The notes under the pieces were generated by a model that was not told the DNA's origin, made no database searches, and saw only the letters and a program-made list of their open reading frames with translations. From the NCBI GenBank assembly GCA_963817895.1, contig CAWFQB010000002.1:693973-757972 (forward strand): 64,000 nt of DNA, read 5' to 3'. The DNA comes from an uncultured Chthonomonadaceae bacterium. Lineage in GTDB: Bacteria; Armatimonadota; Chthonomonadetes; Chthonomonadales; Chthonomonadaceae. The position numbers were made by a program, and so were the translations under genes. This document shows positions 28,147 to 38,700 of this stretch, piece after piece; within the stretch, counting starts at the first letter, position 1, and each line of letters begins with the position of its first letter.

Positions 28147-30954
28147 TCAGGGGCGACTCCGGTTGCCCGTTCTTTCGCTTAAATTGCTCAAGCGGCTTTG
28201 CTTAGTTGACCGGAAGCTTCCGCAGGCGCGGGCGATGCCGACAATCGCTGTTTTCGCGGCGCGCAGGAATGCCGCCGCCACTTCGGGATCGAACTGTGTC
28301 CCGATATTCGCGCGCACTTCCGCCAGCGCCACTTCCCAATCCATGCCGCGCCGATAGGGACGGTGTGTGGTCATTGCGCTGACCGCATCGGCCACTGCGG
28401 CAATGCGCCCCAGCAGCGGAATGGCCTCGCCCCTTAGTCCATCGGGGTAGCCTTTGCCATCCCAGCGCTCATGGTGCGAACGCACCACTTCGACAACGTT
28501 TTTCATGCCCGGCAAAGAGCTGACGATGAGCGCGCCCAACAGGGGATGCTGTTTCAGAATATTGTATTCCTCGTCTGTCAACCGCCCCGGCTTGCGTAAT
28601 ATCTCATCGGGAACCCCGATCTTCCCAACATCATGCAGTAGCCCCCCGATACGCAAAGCCCGCAGGGTCTCCTCAGACAGTCCCATCTCTTCTGCAATCC
28701 ACAGCGCATACTCGGTAACGTCTTCGGAATGTTGGCGCGTGTAGCGGTCTTTGTTGTCAACGGCGGAAACCATTGAATCCAGAACGCCATAAGAAGCCTC
28801 GGCCCGAAACTCCCGATTCGCGCGCTGAAATTCGGTGCTGCGTCCGATGCTGTCTCCTGACAGCTTGGCCGAATACAGATTTTTATCGGCGATGGTCAAT
28901 AGTTCGTGGCGGTTGCCGCTGTCATCAGGAAACGAGGCAAGACCGAAACTGAGGGTGATGGGGATAACGCGGTCGTCGCTACGCCGGCGAAATCCCTCCG
29001 CCATGAGATGAGCGCTCATGCGCTCGGCGCTCTGCACGGCAGTTTCCATCGTAGTATTCGGCATCACGACGATAAATTCGTCACCCCCGTAACGCCCCAG
29101 GATGGCGGCAGGCGGACACTCCGCCCGCATGGTTTCCGCCACGCGCCGCAACACCTGATCGCCGACCGGATGCCCGTAAGTGTCATTGAACAGCTTGAAG
29201 TTGTTCAAATCCAGCATCATGACGGCAACGGACTGGCTGTGGTCGCGCGCCTGTGCCAGCGCTTTGTCCAGACGCTGGTGCATGGCGCGGTGATTGAGCA
29301 GGCCCGTTACCGAGTCGCAATCGGCGGCCTTCACTGCCGTTGCGTACAAACGGGCATTTTCCAGAGCTGTTGCCACTGCCAGCCCGATGCTTTGGAGCAG
29401 TTCGGCTTCCGCAGGTTCAAAGCCGGACTGCCAGCGGAGGACGCCGATCATGCCGCGCAACCGATGCTGCCACAATAACGGGGCGCGGAGGCAATAACCC
29501 TCCCCGGCTTCCCCGCTCGCTGCCGCTGCCTCGTGATTGCCCTGCGCGTTCGTTGTTGCGGCAGACAGGGGCGAGACTGCTGTCGTGGGCAGCGGCAGCG
29601 CGATTACCTCAGTGTACGCAAGCAGGGGCAGGTGTTCCAGATAAGCAAGCATTTCAGGCAGAATGACTGTCTTGCCGACCGGCAGCAGCGCAGCGCGCGT
29701 GTTCGATTCCGGCGCATTTTCCGGCTGCGGTTCCCCGGCTTCGGACAGCCATATCACGACGGCATCCGCCTGGAACGCCTCCTGTGCCTGCTCCCCGGCC
29801 AGCGTCAGCACCTCTTCTACATTCAGCGTATTATTGACAGCCGTGTTGATTCGCAGCAGGGCGCTGAGTTGTTCGGTGCGCCGCGCGACTCTGTGTTCCA
29901 GAGTTTCATTAAATGTCACCAACTGACGTGATAACTGCCGGTTTTCGAGCAACGTGAAAACCTGCCGCACGAGTACCAGAACCAGCATGAGCAGGCCGAT
30001 ACACAACGTTTCATTGCTGATTTGCTTGTTGCCATGCGAATAATCATGCAGAGAAATAATCAGGAAGGCGCCCAGGCTGGCAACATACGGCATAAACATC
30101 GAGATCAGGCGCGGAACAGCCAGAAGAGGATAAGTTCTGGACGCTTTGCTGCCCTCAATACTCAGATTCTGGGCCTTGCAAAACGGTATCAGAGCGGCAA
30201 TACCAATCGAGAAAGACCCCAACGGCCAGCCTACATCCGTCCAGGAACCATCATGGAACGCGTTGTGCAGGCGGGTAAAAGCGTAAACGAAGTCGGCAAA
30301 TGTCCACGCGACGATTCCGCCAGCCAGAAACAGCAGTGAACGCCGCAGATCGCGGTTTGTAGAAGGGCTGTTAATAAGGACGATAGCGCCAAAAAAGGCG
30401 GCGAAGTCGCCAAGCGGACAGGCAACGCTGACGAGTTTTCCCAGGCGCGAAACCCCGGATTGCTGCCAGATGCGTTCCACCAGGAAGTACCAGCCCAGAG
30501 CGGCCAGGCTGCTGTTGGCAATCGCGCTGTCGAGCAGCAGGCGCATACGGCCCGCCTGCGGCATGCTGCCGAACAGGGCAAGCACGCCTCCGATGAGCAG
30601 GGGAAAAACGAGCAGCCACGCGGCGTCGTCCCATCCGGGATAGGGCGCTTCCATACGACGGATGCCGACATAATAAAAATAGATGACATCGCCAGTGGAA
30701 TAGGTCAGGCACGCGAGGCCAATCAGCAGCCAGCCGCGCTGACGCGCCACGCTGCTATGACGACCAAAACAGGCGTACACAAGGTTGCAGCAGGCAGCAA
30801 ACAGATGCGGACCAATTTGCAGGAAGTATTGAAACGTTTGCCCGGAGGTGCCCTGTCCCCGTTGCGCTATGTAGAGCAAGAGATAAAGGAGCGGGAAACC
30901 AATAGCGCTCAGGAGGACGGCGTATTTGTGTCGAGGCCAGTTTATAGTTCGCAT
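28147..30954 (-). CDS. membrane-bound GAF-GGDEF-HD-GYP c-di-GMP enzyme
   Basis: About 9-10 TM helices at the N-terminus, GAF-like region, RYGGDEF, LHDVGK and HHERWDGKGYP motifs. Confidence 0.93.
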   Translation of the reverse strand: MRTINWPRHKYAVLLSAIGFPLLYLLLYIAQRGQGTSGQTFQYFLQIGPHLFAACCNLVYACFGRHSSVARQRGWLLIGLACLTYSTGDVIYFYYVGIRRMEAPYPGWDDAAWLLVFPLLIGGVLALFGSMPQAGRMRLLLDSAIANSSLAALGWYFLVERIWQQSGVSRLGKLVSVACPLGDFAAFFGAIVLINSPSTNRDLRRSLLFLAGGIVAWTFADFVYAFTRLHNAFHDGSWTDVGWPLGSFSIGIAALIPFCKAQNLSIEGSKASRTYPLLAVPRLISMFMPYVASLGAFLIISLHDYSHGNKQISNETLCIGLLMLVLVLVRQVFTLLENRQLSRQLVTFNETLEHRVARRTEQLSALLRINTAVNNTLNVEEVLTLAGEQAQEAFQADAVVIWLSEAGEPQPENAPESNTRAALLPVGKTVILPEMLAYLEHLPLLAYTEVIALPLPTTAVSPLSAATTNAQGNHEAAAASGEAGEGYCLRAPLLWQHRLRGMIGVLRWQSGFEPAEAELLQSIGLAVATALENARLYATAVKAADCDSVTGLLNHRAMHQRLDKALAQARDHSQSVAVMMLDLNNFKLFNDTYGHPVGDQVLRRVAETMRAECPPAAILGRYGGDEFIVVMPNTTMETAVQSAERMSAHLMAEGFRRRSDDRVIPITLSFGLASFPDDSGNRHELLTIADKNLYSAKLSGDSIGRSTEFQRANREFRAEASYGVLDSMVSAVDNKDRYTRQHSEDVTEYALWIAEEMGLSEETLRALRIGGLLHDVGKIGVPDEILRKPGRLTDEEYNILKQHPLLGALIVSSLPGMKNVVEVVRSHHERWDGKGYPDGLRGEAIPLLGRIAAVADAVSAMTTHRPYRRGMDWEVALAEVRANIGTQFDPEVAAAFLRAAKTAIVGIARACGSFRSTKQSRLSNLSERTGNRSRP

Positions 30955-31189
30955 GTTCTAAAACCACATCGTTATCAACTGGAATTTGTGTTGAACTCCT
31001 GAAGCATCCGCTAAGATGTAAAGGCAGCAGGGAGTTGATGTATTTGCCTGCCTCTGAGTCGCGTACCGATTAAGGCACATACCATTGTCGGCGCAAGATG
31101 GGGGTAACTTGAGAATAGAGGTCGCGTGGGGAAATTAGAACAACAATTTTATTGCGAAATAATTTACCGCCAAATTTTGTCATAAAGGC

Positions 31190-31218
31190 TTGACAGAAAT
31201 TAACCAGCCGAGTATACT
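31190..31218 (+). promoter_or_regulatory. sigma70-type promoter
   Basis: TTGACA-17 bp-TATACT. Confidence 0.7.
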
Positions 31219-31457
31219 GGCAAAGTTGCGGTACATTCCCATACATTTTCTTCTCCGGGCATCGTGTCGCGCAACGCTCCTCTTTTTTTATTTAGCCTTG
31301 TATTTAGCCTTGCTTTGCGCCCCGTCAGCGCTGCCCGGATCCCACGCCGGATCATCAAGGAATGGTAGACTCCTCGAATCGCCTCTTACAGCGGTAACGG
31401 CTTTGATTAGCCCTGCCGCTGCCATCATCCTTTACTAAGGAAGGGTCGCTATTCGCC

Positions 31458-32798
31458 ATGTTTACCACGGACTCCATGATTCCTGTTTTGCCTGCCACCG
31501 GCGCTCTCAACAAAAGCGTGGCGCATTTTGCCCGACCCTCCGGCCCGGATTTGCTGGCCCGCACGGAAGCGTTTGCGCGCTGGCGCGACGCGCGGCAGGC
31601 AAACGAGGTATGGCCTTACTCACGCGCTATACTGTCCTCGCCCGACGCCCATTGCGCCATACGCAACGAATCAGGCCGCTGTTCGGAGGGCATCAACTTC
31701 GCCAATACGGACTATCTGGGGCTGTCCACACACTCCTCTATTCGGGAAGCGGCTGTCCGCGCCATTTACGAGTACGGTACGCACAGTCCCAGTTCTCCGA
31801 TGCTGCAAGGCAATACGGGGCTGTCGCTGTCGCTGGAAGCCGCCCTGAGCGAATGGCTGCAAATGGAGCATGTGGCTCTGTTCACGACGGGATGGGCAGC
31901 CGGTTTCGGCTGCATCACCGCGCTTGTGCGGCCTGCCGACCATGTCATTCTGGATAATCTGGCGCATGCCTGCTTACAACAGGGCGCGCAGTTCGCCACG
32001 CAAAACATCCATCGCCATGCCCATCTGGATATCGAAGGGGTACTGAAGCACCTGCAAGCCATTCGCCGGACCGACAGCAAGAACGGCATTCTGGTGGTAT
32101 CGGAAGGGCTGTTCTCCATGGACTCGGATGTTCCCGATCTCATGCGCTTGCAGCGGGTCTGCCGGGAATACGAGGCGACCCTGATGGTAGATGTGGCGCA
32201 TGACCTGGGGTGCATGGGGCCGGACGGAACGGGCATTATCGGCGCGCAGCAGATGTTAGGCCAGATTGATCTGGTAATGGGCGCTTTCTCCAAATCGTTC
32301 GGAACCAATGGCGGCTTTGTCGCCACACGGTCTCATGCGGTTCGGCACTACATCAAGACTTATGGCGGCTCGCATCTGTTTTCTACCGCCATGTCGCCCG
32401 TCCAGGCTGCTGTCGCTCTGGAAGCCATTCGGATCATCCGGTCGCAGGAAGGCGAAGCGTTGCGCGTCCGCCTGATGCAGAATGTGCATGCCCTGCGCAA
32501 TGCTTTCATACCTTATGGGATCGCCTGCATGGGCGAACCGACGCCAATCGTGCCGGTTCCCATCGGAAACGAAAAACTGGCTCGCGTATCCAGCGCGCTG
32601 CTGTTTGCTTCCAATGTCTTCGCCAATCTGGTCGAATTTCCCGCCGTCGCAGTCGGCAGCGCCCGATTCCGAATGCAGGTTATGTCCACACATTCGGAAG
32701 AAGACCTGCGGATAGGAGCCAGGTCCGTCTGCGAGGCTATATCTCAGGCCCACGACATGCTGAACGTTCCTGAAGAGGCTGTGGTGCAGATGAGATAA
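31458..32798 (+). CDS. PLP-dependent alpha-oxoamine synthase (AONS/KBL/SPT/CqsA family)
   Basis: NFANTDYLGL, DNLAHACL, EGLFSMD, DVAHDLG, FSKSFG (PLP lysine). Confidence 0.9.
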   Translation: MFTTDSMIPVLPATGALNKSVAHFARPSGPDLLARTEAFARWRDARQANEVWPYSRAILSSPDAHCAIRNESGRCSEGINFANTDYLGLSTHSSIREAAVRAIYEYGTHSPSSPMLQGNTGLSLSLEAALSEWLQMEHVALFTTGWAAGFGCITALVRPADHVILDNLAHACLQQGAQFATQNIHRHAHLDIEGVLKHLQAIRRTDSKNGILVVSEGLFSMDSDVPDLMRLQRVCREYEATLMVDVAHDLGCMGPDGTGIIGAQQMLGQIDLVMGAFSKSFGTNGGFVATRSHAVRHYIKTYGGSHLFSTAMSPVQAAVALEAIRIIRSQEGEALRVRLMQNVHALRNAFIPYGIACMGEPTPIVPVPIGNEKLARVSSALLFASNVFANLVEFPAVAVGSARFRMQVMSTHSEEDLRIGARSVCEAISQAHDMLNVPEEAVVQMR

Positions 32799-32871
32799 TA
32801 AGCAAGCGGATACCAGATGTTTCTCCTGTAACCTGACACGTCTCTAAAACTCTGTTCTGAATTTACTTTAA

Positions 32872-32914
32872 CCCCTCTCCTGACCGCGCCTGCGTCGCCA
32901 GGAGAGGGGCTTTT
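32872..32914 (+). terminator. intrinsic terminator
   Basis: cccctctcctg...caggagagggg followed by ctttt. Confidence 0.75.
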
Positions 32915-32963
32915 CATGCTCTAATACTATTCGTGTGCCTTGATTATCGTGGATAGCGGAGAG

Positions 32964-33167
32964 TTCTACCCTCATCCGGCCTCCGGCCACCTTCTCCCTG
33001 CAAAGGAGAAGGCTAAACTATTCAACGGGCGGTTGAATAGAAAAATGAGGAACCAGTTATACCGTCCGTTATACGCCTGAACCTAACCCATTATCAACGC
33101 GCCAGATGAACACGTTAGCCTTCTCCCTTGCAGGGAGAAGGTGGGCGAAGCCCGGATGAGGGTAGAA
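32964..33167. repeat. REPIN-like element A (two inverted ~50-bp REP arms)
   Basis: ttctaccctcatccggcctccggccaccttctccctgcaaaggagaaggct ... agccttctcccttgcagggagaaggtgggcgaagcccggatgagggtagaa. Confidence 0.88.
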
Positions 33168-33315
33168 CCCCCCGTTCCTCCATTGTTTTCTGCCGCACAG
33201 CAGGAAGAAACACTGTGCAGGGCGTATATTACCGCGCAATGTTTGCATATGCTGTATAAAGGCATGGTATCTACATGCCGCTCCGATTTCTTATGCAACA
33301 CAAGGAGTTCTACTG

Positions 33316-34354
33316 TTGGCTACCGTAAACTGGCTGCACCTGTCCGACTGGCATCAGGGCGGCGGCGATTTCGACCGCAAAGTTGTCGCGCAGGCGCTGG
33401 AAGACGACATCAAACGCCGCGCCGAGTTTGATCCGGTTTTGGAGCACATTGACTTTGTGTTCTTCACCGGCGACCTCGCCTTCAGCGGCAAGAAAACCGA
33501 GTACGAGGCGGCGCGTGACCTGCTGCTCGAACTGGTACGACAGGCGCTTAATCTGGACAAAGACCGCCTGTTCCTCATTCCCGGCAACCACGACCTTGAC
33601 CGCAGCATGTTTCGACGTCTTCGGGCCGGAACTTCAACAACCCTTCACGTCGCAGCAGCAGGCCAATGAGTGGCTCACAGATGACGATTTGCGTGGCGAT
33701 CTACTCAAGCCGTTCAGCGCGTACCAGAAGTTTGTCACGGAGTACGGCATACCGGACCTGCATTTCAGCGAAAACTGGCGGGTGATGCCGGTAGGGGATA
33801 CGAAAGTCGGCATTTTCGGCGTGAATTCCGCCCTGATGTGCGGGCGCGAAGACCCGGTAACGAAGCAGAACGACGATAAGAACAAATTGACGGTCGGGGA
33901 GCCACAGGTGCATGACGCCCTTCGCGCCATCAAGGACGCGCCGGTTCGTATCGGGCTGATCCATCACCCGTTCGATTGGCTGACCGAAACAGACGAGAAC
34001 ATCGTCGAAGCCCGGATGTACGAGGGCTGCGACTTCATTTTGCGCGGCCACGTTCACAAACCGCGCGTGGTCGTAACGAAAGGGACGCAGGGCGATTGCG
34101 TGATTATTCCGGGCGGGGCGTGTTTCGATAAGCGCGTTCCCTATCGCATGGAGTACATCAACGCCTACAATTTCGTATCGTTCGACACCGAGACGCGGCA
34201 GGGAACCGTATACCTGCGGCGATGGAACCTCGACAACACCGGATGGACAGCAGACACCGACCGCAGTAAGGACGGCAAATTCCCGTTCTCAACCGGTACA
34301 CCGATTATAACCCCTCCCCAACACCCAATACCCGACACCCAACACCCTCATTAG
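33316..34354 (+). CDS. calcineurin-like metallophosphoesterase domain (frameshift ~33611); probably N-terminus of the NACHT gene
   Basis: HLSDWH, TGDLA, PGNHD in one frame; HHP and GHVH in the next. Extra T in atgtttcgac. AAGGAG RBS. Confidence 0.85.
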
Positions 34355-34374
34355 CCTCCCCGCAAGATGCCGAC

Positions 34375-37212
34375 GTGCTTACGGGGAGGCAATGGGCGAA
34401 CGTTCGGAACCAGTATTTCAAGTACCTGAGCGAACAGTGTCAGCATATCAATCCGCGTGGCATTGCGCTGAACGAAAACACGGTGACACTGCCGCTTGAC
34501 GCCGTGTACGTGTCCCTCCGCGCCGAACAGAAAGTGGAACGGCACAGTTCCGACTTTGCAGAACTGGTAAGGGGAATGGAACGTGATTTGGCAGACGTTG
34601 TTCCAGTCCTTTATGGGTCTGGTTCTTTCGGCGTAGGGCAAAAGAGTATACGTCCTGTGCGACAGCCGGAAATCGTCACGCGCAAGATGGAGTTGTATGA
34701 GGTTGTACAGCGGGAACGGCTGGCGGTGTTGTTGGGAGCGCCGGGAGCGGGCAAGACCACGCTGACGCGGTTCGTGACCGCACGGTTTGCGGAAGCGTGT
34801 CGAGCAGGCAAGCCGGACGTGACGGACAAGCCCGGCAATCGGTATGGCGACACGCGCCTGCCCATTTTGCTGCGCGTGGCCGAGTATGCGGAAGCATTGG
34901 AGAAGAACCGTAACCTGAGTTTGCGAGAGTTTCTGTCCGTACCCTTCCACGATACGGGCATTGCGGACGCGGAACGGGCGGAGTTCTTTGCAGCCGCCTT
35001 GCAGCAGGGGAAGGCGCTCATACTGCTGGATGGATTGGACGAGGTTGCGAGTGGAGCCGACCGCGCCCACATCGCCCGTCAAATCGAGAGTTTCGTGAGC
35101 GGGCTGGATGCAGGCTGCCGGGTTCTGGTCACAAGCCGCATTGTGGGCTACCGGGAAGCGCGGCTTGGAAGTGGGTTTGCCGAGTATCAGATGCTGGACA
35201 TGGACGACGCGCAGGTGCAGGAGTTTCTCAACCGCTGGTGCGTGGAAGTGGAAACGTTCCAGACACCGGGGGCAGGCGAAACGGAGAACCGGCGCAAGGG
35301 ATTGGAAGAGAGCGGAGGATTGCAGGCGGCAATTGGGCGCAGTGAGGGTGTGCGCAAACTGGCGACCAATCCTCTCCTCCTGACGATACTTGCCCTAATA
35401 CACCGCAACCAGAAGCATCTGCCGGAGCGCCGCGTGGAATTGTATCGCATGGCTTCGGATACCCTGCTGCGCGAATGGCGACCGGCGCAAACGGGCATGA
35501 AAGGTGTGGAGGTGACGGAAGCCGAAGCCGAAACCCTGCTGCTGCCACTCGCATACACCATGCACAACACGGTGGAAACGGCCCTGCTGGACAGAGAAGA
35601 TGCGCGTAAACTGCTGTGCAAGTTTGACGCCGAGCCGCGTGGCCTGTCGCCGAAAGACCCCGCCGTACTGGAACGCATAGACGGTTTCCTAAAGCGTGTC
35701 GAGGAACATTCGGGTCTTCTCGTAATGCACTCGACTGGAACCATTGGGTTCCTGCATCTGACGTTTCAGGAATACTTTGCCGCCCGCTATCTGGTCAACG
35801 ACTTCGACGACGCGAAGATGCTGTTACGCAAGCATCGGCACAAAGCGCGGTGGGAGGAACCCCTGCGGCTTGCCATTGCCACACAAACGGGCGCGAACGC
35901 CGCCAAACTAATTCGCGCCGCGCTATGGCACAAGGAGGGGGCAAACACCGATACAGGCTATGAGCCGTCCGCGCACGAGAACATTCTGCGCCGTGACCTG
36001 CTGCTGACCGTGCGCTGTCTGGGCGATTGTGCCGCTATCGAGCCGACCTTGGCGCGCGAAATCGTTGACGAACTAACGGCCATCTGCCTGGACCGCAGCG
36101 ACAAAGGCAACTACATGACGTTGCGCAAGCGCGTTCTTGACATGCTACCAGCACTGGCATCTTGTGAAATCGGTCATGAGATGCAGCGTCTGCTTCGCGT
36201 TGCCTTTGAGGGCGAAGATATGTATGTGCAGGTAAGCGCGGCAGGAGCGTTGGCACAACTTGGACAACCTATCGAGGCTATTGTGTCCTCCCTTCTCATG
36301 GCTCTCCAAGATGAAGATGGGACAGTACGGAGGAACGTAGTATTTCCGTTAGGAAAGGTGGGACATAGTTCCCCGGAAGTGCTAGCCGCCGTTTTATCGG
36401 CTATCAAAGATAAATGGCCTTCTGTAAGGGGAAACGCAACGTTCGCGCTAGGGCAGATAGGACAGTCTTCCCCAGATGTGCTGACTGCCCCAGATGTGCT
36501 GACTGCCCTTTTTTCGGCACTCAAAGATGAAAAGTGGCATGTACGGGAAAACGCGGCTTTCGCGCTACGGCAGATAGTGCAGTCTTCCCCAGATGTGCTT
36601 TTCCCCTATCTCACGGCTCTCCAAGACGAAGACGGTACGGTACAGAGAAACGCAGCATTTACGCTAGGAATGGTGGGGCATAGTTCCCCGGAAGTGCTAC
36701 CAGCTCTGCTTACAGCTCTGAACGATGAGGACTGGAATGTACGAGAAAACGCAACCTTCGCGCTAGGGCAGATGGGGCAATCTTCCCCAGAGGTGCTGAC
36801 TGCCCTGCTTACGGCTCTACAAGACAAATGGCCGTCAGTGCGAGACAGTGCGGCATTTGCATTAGGTAAAATGGGATACAGTTCCCTAGAGGTATTGACT
36901 GCTCTTCTTATGGCTATCCAAGATGAATATAAGTATGTACGTGCGAGTGCAGCAGGTGCATTAGGTAAAACGGGGCATAGTTCCCCGGAAGTGTTAACTG
37001 CCCTACTCACGGCTCTTAACGATGAGGACTGGAATGTACGAGAAAACGCAGCCTTCGCGCTAGGACGGATAGGACAGCCTTCTCCAAGTGTGTTGCCTGC
37101 ACTGCTTACGGCTCTGAACGATGCTAACGAGTTTGTGTGTAATTCGGCGTGGCAAGCACTGTGGACGCTGACGAGTGACCGGGCGGTTGGCTCGGGATCG
37201 GCGTCCGGGTGA
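34375..37212 (+). CDS. NACHT NTPase with C-terminal HEAT repeats (NLR-like)
   Basis: Walker A GAPGAGKTT, Walker B LLDGLDE, VTSR, NPLLL, FLHLTFQEYFAA, about nine 31-aa HEAT repeats. Confidence 0.92.
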   Translation: MLTGRQWANVRNQYFKYLSEQCQHINPRGIALNENTVTLPLDAVYVSLRAEQKVERHSSDFAELVRGMERDLADVVPVLYGSGSFGVGQKSIRPVRQPEIVTRKMELYEVVQRERLAVLLGAPGAGKTTLTRFVTARFAEACRAGKPDVTDKPGNRYGDTRLPILLRVAEYAEALEKNRNLSLREFLSVPFHDTGIADAERAEFFAAALQQGKALILLDGLDEVASGADRAHIARQIESFVSGLDAGCRVLVTSRIVGYREARLGSGFAEYQMLDMDDAQVQEFLNRWCVEVETFQTPGAGETENRRKGLEESGGLQAAIGRSEGVRKLATNPLLLTILALIHRNQKHLPERRVELYRMASDTLLREWRPAQTGMKGVEVTEAEAETLLLPLAYTMHNTVETALLDREDARKLLCKFDAEPRGLSPKDPAVLERIDGFLKRVEEHSGLLVMHSTGTIGFLHLTFQEYFAARYLVNDFDDAKMLLRKHRHKARWEEPLRLAIATQTGANAAKLIRAALWHKEGANTDTGYEPSAHENILRRDLLLTVRCLGDCAAIEPTLAREIVDELTAICLDRSDKGNYMTLRKRVLDMLPALASCEIGHEMQRLLRVAFEGEDMYVQVSAAGALAQLGQPIEAIVSSLLMALQDEDGTVRRNVVFPLGKVGHSSPEVLAAVLSAIKDKWPSVRGNATFALGQIGQSSPDVLTAPDVLTALFSALKDEKWHVRENAAFALRQIVQSSPDVLFPYLTALQDEDGTVQRNAAFTLGMVGHSSPEVLPALLTALNDEDWNVRENATFALGQMGQSSPEVLTALLTALQDKWPSVRDSAAFALGKMGYSSLEVLTALLMAIQDEYKYVRASAAGALGKTGHSSPEVLTALLTALNDEDWNVRENAAFALGRIGQPSPSVLPALLTALNDANEFVCNSAWQALWTLTSDRAVGSGSASG

Positions 37213-37219
37213 TTGGGGC

Positions 37220-37419
37220 TTCTACCCTCATCCGGGCTTCGCCCACCTTCTCCCTGCAAGGGAGAAGGCGAAACTGTTCAATGGGCGGTTGAATGGGAGA
37301 TAGAGGAGCCAATAAGAGAGCCATACGATAAAAATCAAGGCAACATCCGCGCACTTGACTGCCACATTCGCCTTCTCCCTTGCAGGGAGAAGGTGGGCGA
37401 AGCCCGGATGAGGGTAGAA
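37220..37419. repeat. REPIN-like element B
   Basis: Same inverted arms as 32964-33167 and a related spacer start (aaactgttcaatgggcggttgaat). Confidence 0.88.
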
Positions 37420-37429
37420 ACTCCCGCCG

Positions 37430-38641
37430 TTATTGCGCCGTTTGGCAGGGGCGCAGCAAGTCGGAAACGAGGCGCGGCAGCCATCGCACACCGTACGCGT
37501 AGTCATCGAACAACAGCGCCTGCTGTGTGTTCAGGTCGAGAAAACCGGTTTTGAATACAGGACGCAGGTGACGATAAGCGACAAATGTGCTTGTGCAAAA
37601 CGGGTTGAGATTGTGCAGTATGGGGCGGAGCATCCATTTCGCCAGTTTCCGAACCTGTTGCGGATTGCGCGGCGGCGGCATACGGCGCGAACAGGTGAGC
37701 GCAAACCACAGCAGGTTTCCATCCGGCGACCAGACGGGCGCAGTCGCGTAGCTGCCGCCGCGCTGCCGGAGCGACATACAGGGTGGCAGGAACCACGCAA
37801 GTTCCTGCTCCTTCCCGCGCTCCATATCCCACAGACAGAGCCTGGATTCCTCCCGCATGTAGGCCAGTCGCCTGCCGTCCGGCGACCATGCGGGACAGGT
37901 TCCCTGCGTAGGCAGGAGGCGCGTCACGCCATCTACGAGCGAATAGGTGTAAATTTCGTTGTCAAGGCTCGACCACGCCAGTTTCGTGCCATCAGGACGC
38001 AGCGTGAGCGTCCAGCCGAAAGCGACAGAGGAGCAGAGCAGCGTGGTTTGACCGCTGTTCATGTCCACTCTCCAGAGTTCCTGTCCGTCTATGGAGCCAT
38101 CCTGAGCGGTTCTCCCCAGGAAAATGAGGCCGCGCTGCCAGTCACACGCGATACCGTGCAAACGACGGTCAGGCGGGTCTTCATACAGGATGCGGAAATC
38201 TGTACCCTGTGTGGAAACGCGGCACAAACGTATGGGAGGTATAGGCTGCGGGCCGCGCGCTTTTTGCGGTACGTTTGTTTGCAGCAGGAGCAACTCGGTG
38301 TTATCCGGCGAACAATCTCCCAGACTTGTCAGGTTAAATGACGGCGCGTTGGGGATTGCGGGAAGGTGTTGTATCGCGTTGGTTTCCGTGTCCATAGCCC
38401 ACAGGCTGGTATCATAGCCATATAGCGTACTGCCGTCAGGACTAAAACATGTGGTCAAGTGGGTGCGCGTCTCCTCTGCTGCGACGAGCTGCCGAAGTTC
38501 GTTCCCATTGATATTGGTAACAACGATGGCAGAACCGGAACATTTGATGCCTCCATGCACAATCCAATAGGGCGCGTCCAGATGGTCAGTGAAGCGGAAG
38601 CCGTCTGCAAGTTGTACGTCAGGGTGTAGGGTTGTGTTCAT
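37430..38641 (-). CDS. TolB/PD40-like beta-propeller protein
   Basis: FSPDG, PDGTKLAW, PAWSPDGRRLAY, PVWSPDG repeats. Confidence 0.8.
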   Translation of the reverse strand: MNTTLHPDVQLADGFRFTDHLDAPYWIVHGGIKCSGSAIVVTNINGNELRQLVAAEETRTHLTTCFSPDGSTLYGYDTSLWAMDTETNAIQHLPAIPNAPSFNLTSLGDCSPDNTELLLLQTNVPQKARGPQPIPPIRLCRVSTQGTDFRILYEDPPDRRLHGIACDWQRGLIFLGRTAQDGSIDGQELWRVDMNSGQTTLLCSSVAFGWTLTLRPDGTKLAWSSLDNEIYTYSLVDGVTRLLPTQGTCPAWSPDGRRLAYMREESRLCLWDMERGKEQELAWFLPPCMSLRQRGGSYATAPVWSPDGNLLWFALTCSRRMPPPRNPQQVRKLAKWMLRPILHNLNPFCTSTFVAYRHLRPVFKTGFLDLNTQQALLFDDYAYGVRWLPRLVSDLLRPCQTAQ

Positions 38642-38700
38642 GGCAGTGAGCAGGAATATGGCAAAACAACGATTGCAGGCGTACCGAGAATGGTAGATTG

